A DNA stretch of 64,000 bases from Perkinsus chesapeaki ATCC PRA-425 (Eukaryota > Protista > Perkinsozoa): assembly GCA_013115145.1 (NCBI GenBank), contig JAAPAO010000140.1, forward strand, positions 1 through 64,000. Direction: 5' to 3'. Below the pieces are notes generated by a model. That model was given only the letters and a program-made list of their open reading frames with translations. It was not told where the DNA came from and searched no databases. The translations under genes were made by a program, and so were the position numbers. Positions 34,297 through 44,898 of this stretch are shown piece by piece. The first letter of the stretch is position 1. Every line of letters starts with the position of its first letter.

Positions 34297-35686
34297 CGTA
34301 TTGATAATAGAAGTCTATACATTCAATTCACCCGTGTTCCTGAAGTATCGACGCTAGATATGCGCACGCGTGCTGCTTGTCGGGGCTGTCACCAACCGTG
34401 GCATACCCGTTATTCGGGTTTCTCGGGCCGAGTAAGTCGGAGGCTCGATCACCAAAACCTAGTCAATAGCTTCGTGCTGAGTCTGTTTCAAAATCTGTAG
34501 CCAGGTCGCAAGGCTTCAGCGAGGGGCGAGGGGAGGGCCCGAAAAAGCGCCAACCCCCCTGCGTGCAAGGATCCTTCGTCCACGGGAAATCGGAGTGGTT
34601 TTCGTGTCGGGTTTGGCAGTCACCATTGATTTTTCATCATATCCTGTAAAGTGTCAGCTATCAGGCATAAGTCTTATTCAAAGCTTCATCACTGGACGAT
34701 TAGTGAGGGATTCGCAATAAGTGATGCGACTCCACTGGCTTTCACTGGAGCTAAGAACCACATGTAGCAGTGCGTTTTGCATCACCTGTTGAACAGGTTC
34801 TACTCAAAAGGCAGGTTTTCAAGGTGGTCTAAAAGTCTCTGTCAACACAGGGTGTGCAATTTTAGTTCAAGGGCTGCTCGTGTGTACGGCGCACACTGTG
34901 CGCCCCCAACGAGGTATCGTGTGCGCGAAATGTGTTGCCGTCTCCAAGGAAGACTCTCCTCCGGAATCGCTGTTGGAAAAGTATGCTATACGGATAGGAC
35001 AGCTTGTCCTCGTCGAGAACGTCTCGGCAAACGAATATAACAAGAGCGCCCCGACACAGTGTTGACGGGTGGAATCGGCGAACTAGGCTCCCATGGCCTG
35101 GGCTCACAAAGATATCTAACACCGGGTATACATACCTTTTAATTTGCACCCTATTCAGAATAAACCCACATAAACTTCACACCCGTAATTTGCTTGCTGT
35201 GGCGGTTTTCGGACCCAATGGGATCCACCCTATTGGAATTCATCGTGATTTCACTAATGCACGCATGCTCACCTACAATAGGTAGAGCTAAGTCAGAAAC
35301 CGGAGCGAGTGAAGTGACTCGCGCACACCGATGCTCCGGTTGCCGAGTGCGTTCTACAAACCTATGAACAGTTCGAAATCAGCGTTTTTGTTATAAAAGC
35401 AGGGCTTCCATTCGAACTGTGCCCATTCAGGCGATCTACATTTTTTGTACACTTTACACCTCATAACGATTTGCGCTCGACGACTCCGACGACCGCCACT
35501 TCGAACACCTCAATGAGCCATCTTGCCTTACGGAAACGTCCAAACATATATTATATACAACAGGCAATTCACTACAGAAGGTAGCTACAAAGGATAGGAA
35601 TCGCTGATGCAAATTGACAGGGTTAAGGCAGAATTCCAAGAATCATCAACAATGATGTTAAACTATCAACACCAAAAATGGCAGAA

Positions 35687-36214
35687 CTAGAGTTGTGGTG
35701 GTCTTTTAAGGACAACCTCATCCCCGCTCTGAAGTGCTTCTTCAGACCTCGATATCACACAATCAGAAAACATAGTGGTGACAACGAACCGACCAACACG
35801 TTTTCGGTGAACCATATTTCTATCGATCACGTTGTCAGCTTCAGCACACTCGAAACGGCCAACACGGCCAACTTTAATGCTTTGGCGTTTGTTGCTCGGG
35901 CTTTCTTTGCCAATGCAAGAAGCACAGGTGCTACGGCTGGTAGCATTTTCGGTCTTGTAGAGGATTGCGGAAGAGAGATCACGAACGTCTAGAGGGGATA
36001 GGATGACATCATTCTCAAGACTGAACCGGCCACGACGGCATGACGATGAGGAGGTCGAGGATGATGACACTGAAACCCTTCTATTATCAACCGGTATATT
36101 ACAAATATTGCCGTATGGACCTCTAGGAGGACAATAACAACAACAAGTCTGAGTGGTGGTGGTAGTGGCCATGAGAATAACAATAGCCACACCCCTTAGG
36201 GATGGTGACAACAC
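35687..36214 (-). CDS. small protein with three GRFx[L/C/V] motifs, copy B
   Basis: RRGRFSL, RVGRFEC, RVGRFVVT; same motif order as copy A. Confidence 0.6.
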   Translation of the reverse strand: MLSPSLRGVAIVILMATTTTTQTCCCYCPPRGPYGNICNIPVDNRRVSVSSSSTSSSSCRRGRFSLENDVILSPLDVRDLSSAILYKTENATSRSTCASCIGKESPSNKRQSIKVGRVGRFECAEADNVIDRNMVHRKRVGRFVVTTMFSDCVISRSEEALQSGDEVVLKRPPQL

Positions 36215-37063
36215 ACCAATATCACAAACCCTAACAAAATAACAATATCTAAATAGCGCGCCACGACAGTAAAGTAAGTCAAGTCACCACAGTACGTCGG
36301 TCATGGCACAAGCTTGAAGGAAGGAAATCGATTCTAGCGACTTGGAAAATCTTGCAATCTTATGCTCTTCCTCCACGCTGCGTCCGCGTACTTTCGGTGG
36401 CATCTCTTGACCGTGTCACCACTGGTGTTTACTTGTCGAGCTGATTCTAAGACCACTACTGCATAGGTCCACTAGCAGCCTTGATCGTAGTGATGCTATT
36501 CCTAAGGAGCGTCGGTTGGACGGAGGGAACTCCTAATGTGATTCACGTTACGTGAATAGTTGCTGTTGTCATTTCTTTCACTACTCAACTTCACGCTTGC
36601 TCTATATCACTCGTCTGTTGTCGAGTAGATCTAAAAGTGTTCGACTTAAAGGGTGCTTTGAGGTGGTGGTGAAAAGTCCGACTGTTCCCGTGACCTGCAC
36701 TCATGTCGTACACTACAATCGAACAATAAGCTGTGTGTCTTGCAATCCCGCCGCACAACTCGGTCATCACTAGTGAGGAGGGGATCAGTGGCCTCCGCCG
36801 CTTGTTGCACCCGCCACTTCAGGGCGACACTGACCCATGAAGGGGAGATCAATATCTAATGCTAGCCTCGGCATTCGACCTACGATCGGGGCTTCCTTGA
36901 TCACCACCTGGGGCATTATTACCTCTGTACTGTCTACATTCACAATCGTTAACACAATTTGTTCCGCTCCTTGTGGGAAATCCGGCGGGACAGTCTTTGT
37001 GTCACGCAGCTCGGTAATATAATGGATAAGTAAGTTATCGTTTATTATATAAAGAAGTACATT

Positions 37064-37425
37064 ATGTCAAGCACTGATTCTCAGCAAGTGAAGGCTTTCG
37101 TCGACAACGAGATTGCCTCTAATAAAGTTGTCCTCTTCGGCAAGACCTACTGTCCCTTCTGTAAGAAGGCAAAGGAGGCCCTTGCTTCCATCAACGCCAA
37201 TGCCAAGGTCGTTGAGATAGACCAACGTGATGACTGCTCAGCCATCCAGGACTATCTTGGTCAGCTTACCGGCGCCAGAAGCGTAAGTCTAGGAATAGAT
37301 CTTTCACCTTTATTGTATTTGTATAGGTCCCCAGAGTGTTTGTGAACGGCAAGTTCGTCGGTGGCGGTGACGACACCGTGGCTAAGGTCCAAAGCGGCGA
37401 GATGAAGAAGTTGATCGAAGCTTAA
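37064..37425 (+). CDS. dithiol glutaredoxin (CPFC), 2 exons
   Basis: KVVLFGKTYCPFC...GARS/VPRVFVNGKFVGGGDD; single GTAAG...ATAG intron. Confidence 0.93.
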
Positions 37426-37698
37426 GTTCACTAGTAACCTGTTGGTTGAACTCCTGCACCAAAAATGTGCGGAGTTGTTTATTATCACCACCAGCAATGA
37501 TTTCATATATTAGTGTTTGTTGAGTTTTCTCAAGTGTTGCCGACAGGTCGGATGTCGTCTCCAAATCGCCCTTTAATGCTGCTGCTGAAAATTGGCCGAA
37601 TTTTCTCCCAAAATCTTGTTGTCTTGGACAAGCTGTTTGGTACCCTAATGTTCCTGTGTCCTCGATGTCAAATAGGAATTTTTACAAGCTAGCACTTC

Positions 37699-38267
37699 AT
37701 GGGAGATTGCTTCTCGTCTGGAGGAGGGGGAGAGGGTTCATCTGGCGTGTCAAAAGAGGATGCCAAGAAGCTAGTTGATGATGAAATCGCCGGTAACAAG
37801 GTTGTGGTGTTCAGCAAGAGCTACTGCCCACACTGTAAGAAGGCAAAAGCTGCTTTGGACAGTATAGGTGGTAACGGGAAGGATGTGTAGTGGCGTTGGC
37901 ATAGGGGAACTTCAGGCGTTGAATACAAGGTTATTGAACTGGATGGTCGAGGGGACTGTGATACAATTCAGGACTACTTGAACCAGCTTACGGGGGCTCG
38001 CACTGTATGACTGTTGCCAATCTTCGAGGTGGATTGGTTACCGATAGGTGCCTCGTGTTTTTATAGACGGCAAATGCATCGGTGGTGGAAGCGAGACGGT
38101 GGCTTTGAAGAACTCTGGGGAGCTACAGAAGGTGGTGTTGCATTGACCTGTTTGGAATCCTTCGTCTACTTGATCAGATGATTGCCAGCACTAATCCTCT
38201 CCCTACTAAGGTGGAAGGTGCCGAAGAAGAGGGTGGTGGTGGTGGAGGAGGATTGCATCATGACTAA
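37699..38267 (+). CDS. dithiol glutaredoxin (CPHC) with N-terminal MGDC extension and Gly-rich tail, 4 exons
   Basis: MGDCFSSGGGG...SKSYCPHC...GART/VPRVFIDGKCIGGGSE...EEEGGGGGGGLHHD*. Confidence 0.88.
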
Positions 38268-38601
38268 CTCTATGGTGCCAATTTTTTGATACGCCCTGCC
38301 GCCGATTAGCATTACGGTATACGCGAATTCACCAAGCGTGAAGAGTAACCGCCATTAGCCATCTTAATACGGTTCCATCTACTAGCAGCCACTTTTTGGG
38401 AGGAACTTTGGTTCGCCATCGGAGCGTCTGTTGCGTTCTAGTATGTCGTTGAGGGGCCGTCCAGAACTCCAGTCATTGAATGCCTCGAAAACACAAGTCT
38501 CGGCGAGCACCGTCGACTCCTTCATCGACATCGTCGACTTCAACAAAAGAAGGAGGAGGAGTCAATAGGAGTGTTGCTGAAGTTTCAAAGGCGAGAGAGG
38601 A

Positions 38602-38672
38602 GGTGATATGGCCTAGTGGTGGAGCTTTTTGTTGCTAACCGATAGGTCCCCAGTTCGATTCCTCCTTCCTTT
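38602..38672 (+). ncRNA. tRNA-like relic (pseudo-tRNA or SINE head)
   Basis: A-box TGGCCTAGTGG (38609-38619) and B-box GTTCGATTCC (38653-38662) at tRNA spacing, with AGGTC variable loop; stems pair poorly. Confidence 0.45.
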
Positions 38673-39451
38673 AGTTTACCGCCTCCCTCCAGCCTCATGT
38701 TGCTGCACTGAGCAAAGCCCTGAGTATTGTCCTCACCAAAAGGTGGCTTTTGCTTGGCTCCAATGGCAATATGGATGATGCAACTGAATGTGTGTTTAGA
38801 GAGCACCAGAGGGTCGTGGAGTGGCTCAGGGCGGACATGTAATATGCTCGGGGCTCACGAATGCATCGGCAATACGCTCGCGTGAATGGACTCATAATTC
38901 GGTCTTGAAGGGGTCGCTTCACAACGGGCCGAGATTGCGTATCGAAGAAAGATGCCTGATTCTCGCTTCAGCATTTGCTATTCCCTAATGAACTTTTCAA
39001 ATAAGAGTTGTAAACAACTTTGCTCCTCCTCCTCCTCCCCCATAACCCTTTTTGTGGTGAGTAACTGTTGAGCCCGTAATGCACGTGCGAGAGACACGGT
39101 AGTTGTTGGAACCCTCGGTAATGGCTTTAAACGGGCCCACCAACAAAACTTCGTGGGCTAATCCTCTCCCAGGTCATGGTGACTCGGGCCTCGTCAATAG
39201 GACATGCCCGCCTGTGGGCAGGGGTTAACACTGTACGGACTCGGTCGAATCTGAGGGTTGGCAATTTTTGGAGCGCCTTGCGTATCTCGGTCGACTAAGA
39301 ACTGAGTCTGAAGAACGCGGAGCTATTGCCTTTCCGTTAGTCCTATATTCGTCGGCATCCCTTCCTCACGCATCTGGACCTTGCCCCGGCCCTCTGAAGG
39401 TCGACAAGTGGTGAAGATGTTTTTAGGACCAAACGAGCCGAGCAGCTGCTG

Positions 39452-39865
39452 GTGTCCCTCCGAGTAGAGCTCGAGGCTTTCCAACAGAAACATGGCAGCA
39501 ATCTCGGAAGGATAATACGGCATTTGGATGGTGAGCCTATTGCGTATCTTTCATGCTCGACCTCCCGCATATCTTGTCTATCAGGCGTGGCTACTTCTAC
39601 CGTAGCTGAGCCAGAAGCGTCCACTGATGTGATTAACGATATCATCACATCGGCGAGTCACTGCGCGGCGGAGATGCTCTTGGCGGTGAAAGCGCTGCTA
39701 GATCATCTCGATACTGTCGACCTAAACTCGAAACAACTGAAGGTATCTCTTTGCAAGCCTTCCGGGGAAAGTCGGTCCCTTTTAGGACGAAGAAGCAATC
39801 AACACCTGGGCGTTGGCGATTACCTTGGAAACACCGCCTCAATTGCGCATGCGTGCAGATTTTGA
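39452..39865 (+). CDS. hypothetical protein (probably exon of a spliced gene)
   Basis: 137-codon open frame with helical-looking composition; GT donor after LNSKQLK. Confidence 0.35.
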   Translation: MSLRVELEAFQQKHGSNLGRIIRHLDGEPIAYLSCSTSRISCLSGVATSTVAEPEASTDVINDIITSASHCAAEMLLAVKALLDHLDTVDLNSKQLKVSLCKPSGESRSLLGRRSNQHLGVGDYLGNTASIAHACRF

Positions 39866-39966
39866 TACCAACAGTGAATGACGGCAAAGAGTATTTTACG
39901 ATTAGATTCGTCTGAACTTGTGTTTCGTCGAAGGATACCGAACCTTGTCCATTAGTTTTTTTAGGA

Positions 39967-41202
39967 ATGGGGCAGCAGGAATCTCGGACACTTCCGCCGC
40001 TTCCGCAGCAGCGCGTGGTGGGTCCCTGGTTCGATTCCTGGGTCCGGCATCTTCCGCTTCAGATCCGTTTGAACCCCGACGGGACCTCCACTGAGGTAGT
40101 TCTCAATCCCAGCGGTCACACACTCAACGCCGACAGCTCAGCCGCAGCTCAGAGGGGCTCTGGTCGCTCGCCGGGCGGAGAACAGCTGACACCAGTCAGC
40201 ATCGAGGCCTATGTAGCTCAGCGACTTGATCGAGATTATGCAACCTGTTGAGTTAGGTTGACCGAAGCTCCTTCAGAGTTGACGATGGCAAGCTGAGCTT
40301 CACTGTGGTGGCCTCAGCCGATGCTATGGTGACAGTTTACATGAATGCTATAAACAAAAGTACGGTGTGTTGCGTCACACTCGAAGTGCAATCATCTGAC
40401 AGATGACCAACAACTTGCTCGCCATCGTCATGGCCCTCTGCGGTGGCCTGTTCTCAGCTACGAGCATTCGGAAACTCAACGGGTTGCTTGCTTGGCACCA
40501 GAGACTCGAACGCAGTTGACGTATGAACTGGAGCCGGCCACCGTTATCCTCAAGGCCATGAGCCAGCAGAGATGGCCTTTGGTCCGTTGCCGGGGATCGA
40601 ACCTGCGTCCTCCCACTTGATGATGATGTTCTTGTAGGTGGTAGAGGTCTTCGTTGCAGCGACTCAAAGCGGAACTATGATGTATCTAACAGCAGCCGAC
40701 TCTAACGCGACGGCTGTGAGGGTTTCGGAGCAAGTCCATAAGTTGCCGAATGGCACTGTGGTGGCAACGGGGGCGCTGTACGGTTTATCGGAGATAACCA
40801 AGAATAGTAAGTCACCAGGGATCGAACTCAGGACCTCGAGGTATTCATCCTAAGCAGATAACGGTTCGGCTAATTCCTCTGGCTTAGAACAGGACCGATG
40901 CTCGATATGCCTGAGTAACCCCATCAACACGGCGTTGCTGCCCTGTGGACACACCGCTCTTTGTACCATCAACCACCAGTCGCACCGTTCTAAAGCATCC
41001 TTCAGGTGCCGATTGTGCGAGGCTGCTGCAGGATGATCCCGCCAACTCCAAATGCCCGATTTGTCGAGCTCATGTCATCAGCTCAGTAGTAAATTTCCTG
41101 GCGCGCGGTCACATCTCTGTAGGTTACTCTCGACATACCTCGGAGCTGATGACTCGGATGTATGATTATATTTTTAGTTCCTCCTGTCGAGTTGATGGGT
41201 GA
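39967..41202 (+). CDS. MGRN1/LOG2-like RING E3 ubiquitin ligase (multi-exon)
   Basis: N-terminal MGQQES myristoylation motif; C-terminal C3HC4 RING CSIC...LPCGHTALC/ADC...CPICR across an intron; LYG precedes the RING. Confidence 0.7.
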
Positions 41203-41235
41203 TTATATACCCTCCTGTAGCCCTTCCTTGTTTAA

Positions 41236-42410
41236 ATGCCACGCAAGTCCAAGAAGGCCAAAGACCAGGAGCAAGAACAGGAGCCAGCAGCAGCAGCCGT
41301 GGCTGAGGCGGCCTCGGACAACAACAAGACGAAGAAGAAGGCGAGAGAGCGTGCAAATGACGTCAAGTTGGAGCCGGACTCGCTCGAACAGCGGAGACGA
41401 GAGCTGCAGCGAACAATACAGAAAACGGTGGGTCTGCGATGGCGTGATGCATCGGGCGTGATGGTTGGGTGGTGGTAGGTGCGGAAAATGCGGGAAGAGG
41501 GAGTTGATGAGGCGCTGATTAAGGTGGAGATTAATAGGATTAAGAATAGGGAGCAAAGAACACTTATGCATGCCGTAAGAGGACATTATGAAAATACCGG
41601 AGCCGGGGATCGAACCTGCGTGGTTAGGTCAAACAGCAGCAAAGGGTTGAAAAGGGCAGCAAACACGAAGTCGTTGTGGTACGTGAGGGCGGAGCGAAGC
41701 GATTCATCATTAACGGTTTCATGGTAGATTCCGATTGCATGGAAGCAAAAGGCCAGAGAAAAGGCAGAAGTTGACTCGGCGTCGATCGCCGTGAAGAGGG
41801 CCCTCCTGTCAGCTGGAGTGGACGCATGGCTTGACCATCGAAGAGAGTAAGCAGCCAATGCTATCTCCTCTTGTGGAGACTATCCAGATACACACCCGGT
41901 CAGAAGTTTGCCTATTGGGAGCATCTCGGTGTCAAGTTCCGCGTGGAGATTGGTCCCAATGATGTCGCCCAAAACCAATGCGTGGTGGTCCGAGCTGACG
42001 AGCCAGGAGAGTGGCTGAAGCATCAGAGGAAGCGAGGAGTAAGGTTCTGGTGGTCGCGGCTATTCCACTGTGCATTCAGGTGAGGCTCTCCTGCCGCGGT
42101 ATCATTTCCGCCTTGATTGAGCTCGGTTATGATGGCGGCGGTGCTGCTGGTGACATTGACAGACTTGACGATGGCATACTGGAGGGGACAGCCGGCCAGG
42201 ACGAGGACCACGATGAGGGAGGAGATGCCCACGAGGAAGTTGATGAAGGTATTTCGCTGCCAACACGCCGCATCCGCTGGGTATTTCATTTCCTTTGTAG
42301 ATTTGGCCGGCAATGTAGCGCTCTCATCTGATGCCCCCAAAAGAGAGAAGCGTAAGACACCTTACAAGTCCTTCCTGATGAACAAGAAGAGGCAACGTAC
42401 GTCAGAGTGA
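41236..42410 (+). CDS. protein with a free-standing ProRS-type anticodon-binding domain (multi-exon)
   Basis: AWLDHR/YTPGQKFAYWEHLGVKFRVEIGPND resembles eukaryotic ProRS D.R..Y(S/T)PGWKF..WE..GVP.R.EIGP.D; no catalytic class II motifs in the gene. Confidence 0.7.
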
Positions 42411-42567
42411 AGCCTCCATTGTATTCTATAACGTCATCTCTACCAGCGGCCTCCGCTGGGCTTCGATGCTCAACAACAACATCCACGATAGTTCCTCTCG
42501 CTGGTGACTCGGCCTTGCGTTTGGGGAGTAATGATTAGTTTGTATAGTTTTTAATAAACTGTCTGGC

Positions 42568-44580
42568 TTGGGGTCGATGCAGTCTCAAGACTGCATTGTA
42601 AAATCAACACGTCATCTTAACAGGCTTCTCTCGTCTCTGCGAAGAGAGAAGGGATCGTCAGAGCGAGCACGGTGCCTCATCGATGAGGCTTTTCGGACAC
42701 AAAAGATTGTCCCCGATTCGTTCACGTACAGTCAGGCCTTCCTCCTCGGAGCCTACAGCTGTTCTGAAATCGCCCCCATAGTGCGAGCCAAGGTATCATC
42801 TCTGAATACAGTTGCAGTGAACTCTGCGATAGCTTCCTGTGCCCGTATGGGTTGCGAGGCCGAGGCCCGGGAACTGCTGCGATTGAGCGAGTCGAACAGT
42901 CTGGCCAATACTCGTACCTACAACGCTTTCCTCGCAACTGTTACGACCGGCTCGGCAGCTCTGACAGTATGGCGGTCGATCCCAGCTGGGCTGAAAGACG
43001 GGTATACTCTGCAACTTGTCTTGAATCGATTGGCCCAAGATGGTCATCCACCCAAAGACTATCACACTGTGCTTCAAGAGGTCCGTGGTATCATCCCCAC
43101 CGATCGTCATCATTTGGCCACGGTCATCTCTGGTTGCATTCGAGGTGGATATCCGCTCGACGGTCTCGAGGCTTTGAAGGCTGCTAACGTGAAAGCCTGC
43201 GATGACAAGGTGCTCGCCACCTGCGTGCTGTGTGCTTACGAGCGGCTCGGTATGTGGCGTGAAAGCATCGACTTGGTTGGAGCAATCGACGAGCCCGATG
43301 CTGTATGCTACACTGTGGCGATGGCTGTCTGTGCTCGAGCTGGACGAGGCAAGGAGGCCGTCATTCTGTGGGGAGAGATGCGCAATCGTGGTCTCACTCC
43401 TCAGCGGCAAAGTCTCTCCGCAGTGGTGCGCGCATGTGAAGCCGCTGGCGACTACGACAACGCCATACGAATACTAAGTGAGATTGGTGAAGAAGCTCCG
43501 AAGGTGGGTGCGGTCACCGATCCGACCAAAAGATTCGCTAGCAGCCGGCCAGAGAGGATCACTCTTGCCTATCGAGACCTGCTCTGCGATAGGCTTGAAC
43601 TGTCGCTCAACAGGGGCTCCGCTGTCTCTCCTTTGGGTGTCGCCGACCATCGCCAAGAGACAGTGCGAGTCGGTGTTGATTTCGGTACCGGACCCGCGCC
43701 CCATCAAGATGCGCTTGCCAAGCTTTTACCATCAACAGAGGAGCGTATGCGCGCCCTTGCGGCTGTCACCGATCTGAAAGGCCTTGCCGAAAAGGTGGGG
43801 CTCGGGTGTATAGAGTACGGTGCTGCAGCCGCCGGCCTGGCCTTGCCTCATGGTGATGTCGACGTTACTTTGGTGCCGCAGGGGTTTGACTCCTCAACTG
43901 CGTGGCTTGAGAGCCTCTCCGATGCCGACAGGTCGGCCTATCCACCACGGGAATCTGCCCAGGCCTGTTTGCTCTCCCTTTATCGAATGCTCAATGATCG
44001 CTCTCCTTTCGGTGTTGTGGCCACTGGTCTCGGCGGAAGAGTCCCTGTTCTGACAATCCTCCACAAGGCCACTAAAACAGTGATGGATGTCACCTACATA
44101 AACGCCCTCGGCTGTCGGAAGAGCATCTGGCTCTCTGAACAAGTGGCAGAGCTACCTCAACTTAAAGATGCTATCCGCGTGGTAAAGTATTGGATGAAGA
44201 GACATGGCATGACAGGCCAGTCTAGAGGGTGGCTCGGCGGCTATTCTCTCGCGGTGGCAATGGTCGGAGTGGCGAAGGCCATCGACGCCCCCAACGACTG
44301 CGAAACCCTCTGTCGAGCTTTCGTTCGTTTGCTGCGCCAAATGGACATAGAAAGGCATTGCATCAGCCCTCGGCTTGGTGGAGTGGTCCCTAAGGTGTGT
44401 GGGAGAGGGCAAAGTTTGTCCATTGAAGACCCTATTGAAATACAATGGGATTTGGGAGCCATCCTTGGAGAGGAGAGGACGGCGGCACTACTTGGCAAAA
44501 TTGGACAAGTCGATGCATGGTGTGCACGTAACAGTGACTCAAGTTTGACTGAATGGTTGCTGCTTGCTGTTTCTGATTAA
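42568..44580 (+). CDS. PPR-repeat protein fused to a non-canonical poly(A)/poly(U) polymerase (Pol-beta nucleotidyltransferase plus PAP-associated domain); likely ATG at 42577
   Basis: About 8 PPR-like repeats (e.g. PDAVCYTVAMAVCARAGRGKEAVILWGEMRNRGLTP), then YGAAAAGLALPHGDVDVT, GGRVPVL, VMDVT, LGGYSL, LSIEDP; single 670-codon frame. Confidence 0.85.
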   Translation: MGSMQSQDCIVKSTRHLNRLLSSLRREKGSSERARCLIDEAFRTQKIVPDSFTYSQAFLLGAYSCSEIAPIVRAKVSSLNTVAVNSAIASCARMGCEAEARELLRLSESNSLANTRTYNAFLATVTTGSAALTVWRSIPAGLKDGYTLQLVLNRLAQDGHPPKDYHTVLQEVRGIIPTDRHHLATVISGCIRGGYPLDGLEALKAANVKACDDKVLATCVLCAYERLGMWRESIDLVGAIDEPDAVCYTVAMAVCARAGRGKEAVILWGEMRNRGLTPQRQSLSAVVRACEAAGDYDNAIRILSEIGEEAPKVGAVTDPTKRFASSRPERITLAYRDLLCDRLELSLNRGSAVSPLGVADHRQETVRVGVDFGTGPAPHQDALAKLLPSTEERMRALAAVTDLKGLAEKVGLGCIEYGAAAAGLALPHGDVDVTLVPQGFDSSTAWLESLSDADRSAYPPRESAQACLLSLYRMLNDRSPFGVVATGLGGRVPVLTILHKATKTVMDVTYINALGCRKSIWLSEQVAELPQLKDAIRVVKYWMKRHGMTGQSRGWLGGYSLAVAMVGVAKAIDAPNDCETLCRAFVRLLRQMDIERHCISPRLGGVVPKVCGRGQSLSIEDPIEIQWDLGAILGEERTAALLGKIGQVDAWCARNSDSSLTEWLLLAVSD

Positions 44581-44898
44581 TCGATTCACTGTTGCTTTCA
44601 TAGTAACATGGACGGCTTGTGGCATGGAAAGCACTTTGGTTAGCCGGACAGGTTAACTATTAAACGAGTCGTTATTTAACATCAGACGTTTCTCTCGTGG
44701 ACGTTAATGACTCTTCAGAGATTGCTGGTTTAAGGGTGCTTTGACCGTACTTTGTTATTGTATTGATGATTAACATTTAACACCACATACGATAAGCTGC
44801 AGAGTAAATGCTAATTTAACACATTACGTAACACAACTGTCCCCTCAGTGAGATCAACCCTCTTGTTCAGCTCATCACGGTGGGCTGCATCCGATACC

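Noticed and set aside
34862-35065. GCAILVQGLLVCTAHTV, reminiscent of a trypsin TAAH motif or a transposase CxxH
   Set aside because: No downstream Asp or GDSGG motif, no DDE context, and the frame is short
36541-36557. 8-bp perfect palindrome ATTCACGT-T-ACGTGAAT (and a 9-bp one at 63061-63079)
   Set aside because: About one such site is expected by chance in 64 kb
40021-40041. GGTCCCTGGTTCGATTCCTGG, resembling a tRNA T-arm/B-box
   Set aside because: No A-box upstream, and it lies in the first coding exon of the RING ligase (GPWFDSW)
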